The notes below the pieces were generated by a model. It did not search any database, was not told the DNA's origin, and was given only the letters and a program-made list of their open reading frames with translations. A stretch of 64,000 bases of DNA, from the NCBI RefSeq assembly GCF_022045235.1, contig NW_027266341.1, forward strand, positions 57,288,001 through 57,352,000, given 5' to 3'. Below are positions 37,401-48,848 of the stretch, one piece after another. The stretch is from Haliotis cracherodii. Taxonomy: Eukaryota. The position numbers and the translations under genes were made by a program. Within the stretch, counting starts at the first letter, position 1. Each line of letters begins with the position of its first letter.

Positions 37401-40400
37401 ATATAATAAATAAGATGTTCCACGTGTCTCCTGAAACACCATGTTTCTCTCATCTCCTTTTCCCCGTCACTCGATGAGAGAAACATGATATTTCACGAGA
37501 CACATGAAATATCCTCTATATATTTCACTATGCTTTGCGTGGAACTATCCTGTACTGCAAAAGCGAACATAGCTTATCCTCCACATACCAGTAGTCCTTT
37601 GGTGAAGTCCTGGGTGGAGATGGTGTGGCTGTTGTCGGTGTCGTATCGCTTGAACAGGTCGATGACACGATAACCCCGCTCGTTCATGAAGTCGAACATC
37701 GCCTGCATGGGGTTGTTGGTGAGAAAAGTCCCAGCGTCCTGAGTTAGAATTCCCTCCCCTTTGTTGATAATTGGCCCCGTCCTAGCCCGGAGGACACGCT
37801 TTTGTTGCATCGTCTTCAGCGACGTCACAAACTCCTCGTCTACCACAACGTCCTGGAACACGGACCACGGAGAATAATATTGCCAGATGTCACAGCTATA
37901 TGAAGGCGGTCTGTCAATAATCGAGTCAGTACTAGGTCTGACAATCCAGTGATTGTCATCGGTCAACACATGATCACGAACATCCATCAAAGCAATTGGT
38001 ATAGGAAAATATGCTTTAATTAAGTGTTCTGGAAACTCGACCATAAGTAATAAGTTTGGACTACCAAAAAGCACAGACATCGGTGACATTTTCTGTGAAC
38101 GCGGACTTCGTAAAATAGTTTTAGAGGCTTAGTCTCAGGTTTTGGTTTAACATGATGTTCCTTGTTTGTTTGTTGTTTAACGCCACACTCAGCAATGTTC
38201 CAGGTCTATGACGGCGGGCTGTAAAAATGAAGCCTATTCCAACCCGGATTTTCACGGTGTGCTTACATGATGTAATTTGAATTGCTTTTTCTCTGGTTGA
38301 AAGATGAACACAAGCTCCAGACTCACCGTCAGGTCGAGCTCCCTCAGGACGCTGTTAGGAGCTTTCTCTACTGTCTTCAGGATGAGTAGAGCTACATCTG
38401 GGGTGATGGGGTTTTGACCCAGCTGAAGAATGTAACATTGAATCAGGATCTCCATCACTACACTCATACAGAAATGTAAAGACACCTTGTGGTCCCGCTT
38501 GTCTAATGAGCCCTTTAATGCTACTACATAAATAAATATACACACGCCATTTGCACGTACGCTCGTACGCACAAATTGTATGGTTATAGGGTGAATGACA
38601 CGATGGCTTCTAGAGATACTCTAACAAAACATGTTGAATGACTAAAACAGATCAGGTCAACTTCTTAACGAACCTATGCCCGAAATAAAAGGTAATGGTT
38701 AATGGTCAAAGGACGTGATAATTCTGACAGTTGTTCCACCAACCAACATTTGATCCTGACTCGGTGACATGCATCTACAGACCTACGGAAGCCGTGTCCG
38801 TTTCTGATAACAAACGTGTCCTCTCGTTTCTCCAAGTGTGTGTGTGACTCTTTGTCCATGACCTCTTCCTAGCGCTGTATCGGTGTATCGGATCGTCAAG
38901 TCAAATATTGATACAAAATGATACCTACATTGTAAACCTATGAGGACATTTATACCTGACTCACATTAACTCACTATTGTTTGGTTTGGTATCATGACAT
39001 CCCTTTAAGGATGGACTAGGCTACGGCTCCTAAGGTGCTGAGATGCCATCACGATCCAACGCTTACATCGTTACAGCCTAAGCTCTCCATTACTCTGTCT
39101 ACGATAACAACAAAAAACAATCCAAACCAAGGGCGGATCCAGCAATTATAAAAGGGAGGGTCCAAAATATCAAACCCCACTCTCAGTGAATGTTACCGCC
39201 TCCAATATACTACATTCAGTTTTCAAAAGGGGTAGGGGTCAGGCCCTCCGCCTACCAAATGCAAACATATACAATCAAGTCTCGTTAATCCGACACTCGT
39301 TCATCCGACAATCGGCTTTATTCGACACTATTGATGGGAACCGATTAAATGAAAGCCTAGACGGGTTTTGGCTTCGGTCGTATAGGTAAAGTTGAAGATC
39401 ACCACCTCCGCATAATGGACTAGCCGTCCAGGCCAAAGACAAACCAGATGGGCAACGGTTACTCTGACTGAATCTCAGCATCTTGTTACCCTGAGTGTGA
39501 TGAGGGATTCGTTCCATCTGAGTCCCTCCAGCAGGCTGCCCACAGCTATGGCGTCCACCCGGTTGCACGTGATGTCCAGGTGCTCGAGGGTGTAGTTCTC
39601 CGCCAGGGAGAGGCCGAGCGTGCGACACCCAGCCCGGGACAACCCGTTCCACGACAGGTCCAACATCAGCAAGCCGCCATTATCCTAGGGGAGACAACTC
39701 TCAGCTTTATCCGTGACATCAAAAAAGTTTGTTTGTTTGTTGTTTAACGCCGCTCTGAGCAATATTGCAGCTATATGACGGCGGTCTGTAAACAGTCGAA
39801 TATGGACCAGACAGTCCAGGGATAGATATCATGAGCATCGACCCACGCGTAATTGCGTTATCAACCATGGAACATGCTTTTTCACAGCGACCTGTATTCG
39901 AGCCTGGACAAACCGATGGTCGATAGCATGAGCAACGACACACAACCAGTCACATCACATTAAATCCTTCGTATCGTCGGCTCTTGCGATATGTCTGGGG
40001 TGCCTAATTGAATTTAAAGAAAAACGTCAAACTGAGATAGTTGCCTGACCATGGCTTCGGATACATTTATTGAACAATTGTCATTTTCAACTCAGTAGGC
40101 GCTCAACTCAGTTATACAGGTACCCTACGCGTCATGTGAACCGACCAAAATGTGGATTGGATGGTTACAATGTGCCATACTGGTTGACTGTCTTCGTCCT
40201 CTGAGGACCGCAGATGACCCATGCGATTAGCCACTTGTTTCTCAGGAGAAGTTATAATACCCTGGATGTTTTTTGGTTGGTGTATGTCATTGATTTAGAG
40301 ATCGGTTAGAGTAAGTGGTACGGTTTTACGCCGCTTTTAGCAATATTCCAGCAATATCACGGCGGGGGACACCAGAAATGGGCTTCACACATTGTACCCA

Positions 40401-43400
40401 TGTCAGGAATCGAACCCGGGTCTTCGGCGTGACGAGCGAACGCTTGAACCACTAGGCTACCAACAACACAGAGATGGGTTACAGGCAATGCGTTATGACA
40501 ATTTATTACCTCTAACCCCGCAGCAACAGCTTGTGCTCCCTGTCTCCGTAGATGGTTCCAGCTGAGGTCCAGTAGCTCAAGAGTGTCATTGTTAGCTGTT
40601 GGTAGGACACTAGTATCAGTAAGACGATACAACACAGGGAAGACGAATTAACTTAAAACTCAATATACAACTTGAACTTGTACAATGTAAATGGAAACCA
40701 AGTCAATAATACACGATACCTTACACATGGGCTAATTACAGTGTGATAAGTTTGTTTGTTTAACTCAGTTGTCGCACCCAGCAATATTACACCTATATAA
40801 CGGCGGTCTGAAATAATCGAGTCTGGGCCAGACAATCCAGTGATTGATCGATCAAAGCAATTGGGAGACGATGACATGCATCAACCTAGACAGTGAGCCT
40901 GACCACCCGATCCCGTTAGTCGCCTCTTGCGACAAGCATGGGTTGCTAAGACCTATTCTACGCTGATCTTCACGGGTCGTGATAAGTACATGCATTTATG
41001 GACTAATCTACGAAAATAGTGTTGTTTGTTTCAATATGATTAGTTTGCAGATGTGAAATGTTTTATTATTGGTAGCAGGCGGCTAAAAATTAAGTATTGA
41101 CAACAAAACTTCTCCATTTTGATTGGGTTTCAAATATAAGTAATATATGTAAATTTAATTACATCCATTAAAGTAAACAATAACGAAATATCATGAGTCG
41201 GAAATGCACGCTAACACGTTTCCAGGCGTGTCCCCTAAAAATAGAAACTGTTAATTCAGAACCAGATAAGTGAACGAGTGAGTTGGGTTTTACGTAGCTT
41301 CCAGCAATATTCCAGAAATATCACGATGGGGACACAAGAAACCGTCCTGAACTCACCTATAGCGGGCCCCAGGTAGAGACCACCAACCTCTCCAAACTTG
41401 TTATGACTTGCCCGGAGTTCCCGCAGCCACACGTTATTCTGCAACACACACAAAAGTTAATGTTCTCTTTTACATGCAAACAAATCAAAGACAAAAGGGC
41501 ACAAGGAAAAAGCGGATCAAAATCCTTCCTCAAATGCATCGGTAATATTATATATAACTGGACCTCTGCCGTATAATGTTATAAGATACAGCGTCGTGTT
41601 AACACAATGCGACAAATGGGCATTCACTTGTGGTATTTGGAGTGTTAATGTCAAGCTCCTCACAGCGATAGTCCGTTCGCGGAGCTCTCTATACTATCGC
41701 GATGTTCCCGAGAGTGTAACGAAGGTGTCATGCGCTTGGAAGGAGCTTGCGTTAATGTAAACAAAGGGACACAACTCGTAGTCCAGTTGATATTACATGT
41801 GAGTTATCCCCCTTATCTATGAGCGACAAAAAATATAACAAACGTCAACACTCAATCATTTATATTTCCATAATTTGTCAATGAAAACATTCGTAGACTT
41901 AATCCCTCCCTTTGACGTTTTCTCCTGATAATAAATACAATATTTTAAATCCATATTGTCTGGCTTGTTATTTAAAGGGCAGTCATTTTGAAAATTTTAC
42001 ATTTATTAAATTTAATTATTTCTTATCATAAATGCCTAGGATGTACTGTTTATCATTCCTCATCGTCAGTACTTCACGTGATTTTATCTATTGTTTCTCA
42101 TGCATATTTGCATAACAGTAATTATTGCAAACATAGGCGCGTTGATTATCAAACCAGTGATTAAATTAAAAGTTCTTCTTTTGTTTATTTGTTCTCTTCG
42201 CTTCATCATTCAAGATCAACAATTAAGCTTGGCTCTGTCTCTTAATATCACAACAGAACTTGTGCAAGTTAGAAAAATAAGCGGGAACGAGTTCAGGGCC
42301 CACTTACACAAAGCGATCTTAGCGCTAAGATGATTGTAACTCCCATACTTTAACATAGGCTTACAATAGTCGTAGCGCTAAGATCGCTTTGTGCAAGCGG
42401 TTCCAGATTAACGATTCCGATTCACACATTACAACTGGAATTTACACGATTAAATATTGGATATTTATTGTGATCGTAATACATGCATATGTTATCAGAA
42501 CCTCAGATTTCGCCTCTTTTGATCGCCATTTGATGAACGTTTCTGGTGAGGTCATTATGGACACTGGACACTGCGGGGCCGAACAAAAAAGACTGGTTAT
42601 ATCTACATTGCGCGTACCAACCGTGGAACTAGTTACATGCCAAAAGGACTACTGTCTATGACGTCATAACGAAGATGACGTCATGATCGGTAATCTTCGT
42701 CAATATGATTCCTCTATCGTAATATTGCGGGATCAAAAAAGGTTGTTTATTTATAATCATGTTTGTTTTCTTAACATTAGTATATTGGAGCAGAAGGTAA
42801 ATTTATTTTATCATGTAGAAATAAAAGGTTACGAAACCATTACTTTTAGTTAGCTCTGTAGTATGTCGTTATGACATTGACTGCATTGTGACGTCATAGA
42901 CAATCGTCATTTCTCAGCACACGAAGTCGATCTATTGCCACGCTCTACAAAATCTCCATTTTTCTGCGTGATTGGATTGATTGAAAGAATATAGCCTACT
43001 TTATCGTTTTGGCTGACTGACTGACCAACTTTACAATGGATTCTAAAAGAAATACAGGTAAGACATAGTAAGAATCTATTTTTATGATATCATTTTGTAT
43101 AATCTCCTTTCATCTGTAAACTCGAAAAATGATGTCCTACAGTTACTTGTAGTTAGTCTAGACATACTTGTAGTTAATACAATTTGTTCAATGTTTGTTC
43201 ACATTGTATTAAAGTAGTAGACATACTAGACAATATAAGAAATATCCACGGATGGGGTACAAGCGGAATATTTTGCGACATGAGATTATTAACAGTAGTC
43301 ATCTCAATGTGTGGACAGAGCGTCACAATCATATATTAACAAGTGGATAGAGTCTTGCAGCGGCTAATGACAGATTTTTTAAATATTTGACCTCTGGCAC

Positions 43401-46400
43401 TCAAAGAGTTCTCTAAAAAAGGTGAATTCGTATTACCGATCACGGTTGTGTTGTATTTCGCCACACAAACATACGCGCTTCAATCTTAAAACATGTTTTC
43501 AATACACAATATCATAATCGCAGATTCTTTTTGTGAACAGAGTTTTCGCTATAGTCAATAATAATTGGTATTGTCAGTTCACGAATCAAAGTTAATGCTT
43601 TTCAGTAGTTTCAGTTTTAAGTGTTTTTCATATATGTTCACTAGATATGGAATTGATCTGTATGAAATAAGAATATTAATCAAGAATAAAATTGTATTCA
43701 TATTTTACTAAATCAAAAGTATCATTAGTCGCAAATGGAATATAGCTTTTGTACACTGCGGAAATAAATGCAAACCCATTCCGTGAATGAACTTTAATCA
43801 GCAAAGGCATTTTTGCTTAATTTATATTTGATGTTTCAGTTCACGATTCATTCTGATTTCTGTTTAAAAAAAATATGCTTACTGCATCTTTATAAATTAA
43901 GAATAAAGGAATTACATTGTTATGAAGAGTAATGTAAATGATTCATATCAAGTTATGAGACCAAGTTTGAGATCTGGTGATGAATTATTTATTTCCAGGA
44001 GGCAACTGTTTCCTGTACCCGGAGTCAGCCTGGCCCCGAGTATACAACATGGCCGGCACAGACATGCTCCTGTTTGCTGGAAGGATGGCATTCCGTTCAG
44101 ACCTTCAGCTCGCGTCCATTCATTCCGATCTCAGCGTTCCTGAAACCTGCGCTAGTCCCGTGGATGCCGCCATAATCTGGACGGAAAGACAGCTTGACTA
44201 TGTCCGAAACGGTACGACCTAAAACCATCAGGCCCCGCCACAATCAGATATCACTGCGAGAATTCATTACATAAATAAATAATATTGATCACTTTAACGA
44301 TAGTAACGTTTGTGAGCAAAAACAATACAAATATTCCAAAGAAACTGGTAGGACATTTCGTAACTTGAATAAACGTTTCCTTCCAGACTTGAAAACCATA
44401 AAGAAGACCAGTATGAGGTTATCCACCCGTCAGGTACCGCCCACCCTGCCTACCCGCATGAGGGGGCGTGTCGGGGTCATCGAGTACGAACTGCAGGAAG
44501 CAGAAAGACTGAGGCAGATCCGAGAGAGAAAGCAGAGACGTGAGAGAGAAGCTTTGACTCAGGAGAGAGAAGTGATGAAGGAGGAGAGAGACATGAGAAA
44601 CACTATGTCGGCTGCGGGATGCAGAAAGAGGAAACTGGAGGAAGTGACGTCATCAAACAATATGGCGGAAACAAGATCAAAGCGATCTCGGAAACCAAAC
44701 TCCAAATACGGTAGGTACTGTTTTTAGTCTTTGAGTCTTTGAGTCGTTCAAGAAAGTAGTAGGTTGATAATTAATTTTGTGAAACCGGTTCAGTAAATTA
44801 TAATCTAATTTTCGGACTTTTGTACTCTCTCTATCTCTCTCTCTCTCATACTCTCTCTCTCTCTCTCTCTCATACAAAACTCCAAAGATGAGCTATATAA
44901 TCATATTATATATGTGTGTTATGTCTTTAAGTACACTCAATGTAGTGGTCTATGGGAGATAACTCCAGACGGCTTAATGTGTTCATGTATGGTCTAGGGG
45001 AGATAACTCCGGACAGCTTATGTTATAAAATGTACTCTTCAGTTATGGAGTAAGAAAAGGGGGAGTTCCAATATGTCTGCCTGCATGTATGCCATGTGCT
45101 CTGTGTGAATTAAAACCCTTATTCTACATTTCCTGAATCCATTATACAACAATGTGTAAGGTCGTGTGTTGTTAGACACACTCGTATTGTATGCATGTTT
45201 ATTTATTCATTCAGCATTTATTATGTTAAGACACTGAGTTAAAACTAATCTCATTAAAACCAAACCAGAATCTCGTCAAACAACCATTGAATCAAATGCC
45301 GATTTACCAACTTTCAAACACCGAACAACTATTTTGTTTTAATGGACATTTCTTTCTCTTGCAGACAGTGGCACCTTCCTCGTCCACAACGGATCCGGCG
45401 ACTCCCGCGCCTCCTCCAACATCGTCAACAGATTGAGGAGGAGAACTATAAAACGCGGCCACTAGGTTAGTACAGGGACATGATATATACATACAGTAAA
45501 CTACGGTTATAACGAACACGCTTATAACGAACTGACCGATATAACGAACTTATTTTTTAGTCCCGGCCATTTGTTGTATATATGCTGTATATATGCTTAT
45601 AACGAACTACGGTTATAACGAACTAAAATTAGTGGTCCCTTTGAGTTCGTTATAACCGTAGTTTACTGTATTGTTCTAACGGACTAAACGACGAGAGTCG
45701 GTTTAAAACAGGTAATTTAATCATCTTGTTGATGCCATTGTAGCTCGTAGCGAATTAGCCATGCAAAACTAACCCTCTGGAATACAACCAATCAATTATA
45801 CAGTGTCCTGACTGACATTGCGGTACATAGGGAGGTGGCAGCCCTTCCTGTACGTTAGTTATTTTTTACTTTTGAAGTTTTGTTATTACTGCTGTTGAGA
45901 TACTTCATTTTTTATTTTCATTTATTGGATATTACTTACGAACACGCTTAAACACTATATTAAAATTAAATATTTCTTTTATTTTGTTTTCAGAATGTGG
46001 CTATAGCAGGCAGTTTTCGTGGTCATGTCTGCATGGACAGCTGGCGATATAGTACATACATACTACGTCACATTGTCATTGAACTGTAATTGTTTCGAAA
46101 CGCTTATACATATTCCTGATTTTTGTAAATAATTTGTTAAATTTATTATTTAATAACAGTTTTACAATGCAATTATATCACATTTACAATAAACTGTTGT
46201 TACATATTCATATAGTTCTGTTATAACCGTCAGCGCCCGATATAACGCACAGCTTATCTACAGTCAACGAATAAAATGGGAGTAAGAATTAATTGTGGTG
46301 GGAGGTGAAATGGAATTGAACGTCGGGTTGAATGAGTAGTACAGACAACCATATCGGTAATAGCTGCAGGGTCGCACTGGTTTTAAAGCGTTCGTTAATC

Positions 46401-48811
46401 ACGCCGAAGGCCTGGCTTCGATTGGAAACGCAATAAACAACGGAAAACAAACAACACATAACAAAAGACACATGTTCAGTACTTGCAAAAGTGTCGACAA
46501 CGTTTCACAATAAGTATTGAACACCTTATGAGACTGAACCCAACCTCTAATTCCCCACCAGTCCGACTTGCTGCCATGGAAACACATAAGTATCGACCAC
46601 CTTATGAGTAATGCTCCGGAAATGAACCCAACCTCTAATTCCACACCAGTCCGACTTGCTGCCATGGAAACATACATATTACACACCTTATGAGTAATGC
46701 TCCGGAATTTAACCCAACCTCTAATTCCACACCAGTCCGACTTGCTGCCATGGAAACATACATATTACACACCTTATGAGTAATGCTCCGGAAATGAACC
46801 CAACCTCTAATTCCACACCAGTCCGACTTGCTGCCATGGAAACATACATATTACACACCTTATGAGTAATGCTCCGGAATTTAACCCAACCTCTAATTCC
46901 ACACCAGTCCGACTTGCTGCCATGGAAACATACATATTACACACCTTATGAGTAATGCTCCGGAATTTAACCCAACCTCTAATTCCACACCAGTCCGACT
47001 TGCTGCCATGGAAATATACATATTACACACCTTATGAGTAATGCTCCGGAAATGAACCCAACCTCTAATTCCACACCAGTCCGACTTGCTGCCATGGAAA
47101 CATACATATTACACACCTTATGAGTAATGCTCCGGAATTTAACCCAACCTCTAATTCCACACCAGTCCGACTTGCTGCCATGGAAACATACATATTACAC
47201 AACTTATGAGTAATGCTCCGGAATTTAACCCAACCTCTAATTCCACACCAGTCCGACTTGCTGCCATGGAAACATACATATTACACACCTTATGAGTAAT
47301 GCTCCGGAAATGAACCCAACCTCTAATTCCACACCAGTCCGACTTGCTGCCATGGAAACATACATATTACACACCTTATGAGTAATGCTCCGGAATTTAA
47401 CCCAACCTCTAATTCCACACCAGTCCGACTTGCTGCCATGGAAACATACATATTACACACCTTATGAGTAATGCTCCGGAATTTAACCCAACCTCTAATT
47501 CCACACCAGTCCGACTTGCTGCCATGGAAATATACATATTACACACCTTATGAGTAATGCTCCGGAAATGAACCCAACCTCTAATTCCACACCAGTCCGA
47601 CTTGCTGCCATGGAAACATACATATTACACACCTTATGAGTAATGCTCCGGAAATGAACCCAACCTCTAATTCCACACCAGTCCGACTTGCTGCCATGGA
47701 AATATACATATTACACACCTTATGAGTAATGCTCCGGAATTTAACCCAACCTCTAATTCCACACCAGTCCGACTTGCTGCCATGGAAACATACATATTAC
47801 ACACCTTATGAGTAATGCTCCGGAATTTAACCCAACCTCTAATTCCACACCAGTCCGACTTGCTGCCATGGAAACATACATATTACACACCTTATGAGTA
47901 ATGCTCCGGAAATGAACCCAACCTCTAATTCCACACCAGTCCGACTTGCTGCCATGGAAACATACATATTACACACCTTATGAGTAATGCTCCGGAATTT
48001 AACCCAACCTCTAATTCCACACCAGTCCGACTTGCTGCCATGGAAACATACATATTACACACCTTATGAGTAATGCTCCGGAAATGAACCCAACCTCTAA
48101 TTCCACACCAGTCCGACTTGCTGCCATGGAAACATACATATTACACACCTTATGAGTAATTTTCCGGTACTGAACCCAACCTCTAATTCCACACTAGTCC
48201 GACTTGCTGTCATGGAAACACATAAGTATCGAACACATTATGGGTAATGCTCCGGAACTGAACCCAACCTCTAATTCCCCACCAGTCCGACTTGCTGTCA
48301 TGGAAACACATAAGTATTAAACACCTTATGACTAATGCCCCGGAACTGAACCTAACCTCAAATTCCACACCAATCCGTCTTGTTGCCATGCAAACACATA
48401 AGTCCTAATCCACACTTGTGTGTATATACAAGGTTTCACTTGATGCTCTGGAAGCGAAGCCTGTCTATTTTTTAACCTACAGTAAATCCGACCATGGAGG
48501 AGAGACATTTAAAACAATATTGGGGAAAACTAAATCTTCATACAAAACAACGCCTGCGTCGACAAAACGTCGGATCAAAGGACTTTCCGAGATAAAAACA
48601 AGGACGACGTATATTTGAGGATAGATGGCGAGTCCCGTGTGCTGACCTGCCATGCAATGAAGCATCAACACTGCGCCAGAAGGCTGTGTGTGACATCATC
48701 CCAGAATTAGGTAAGATAGAGAGAAAATCATATTTAGAAGTGTCACACATTACATGCAACAGTACATAGTATATTCACACTGTTAACAGTAGTGTCCAGG
48801 CTGCACGGTAA

Positions 48812-48848
<37 letters not shown>

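Noticed and set aside
46510-48410. CRISPR-like array
   Set aside because: Units are contiguous and near identical with no unique spacers; there are no cas genes and the context is eukaryotic.
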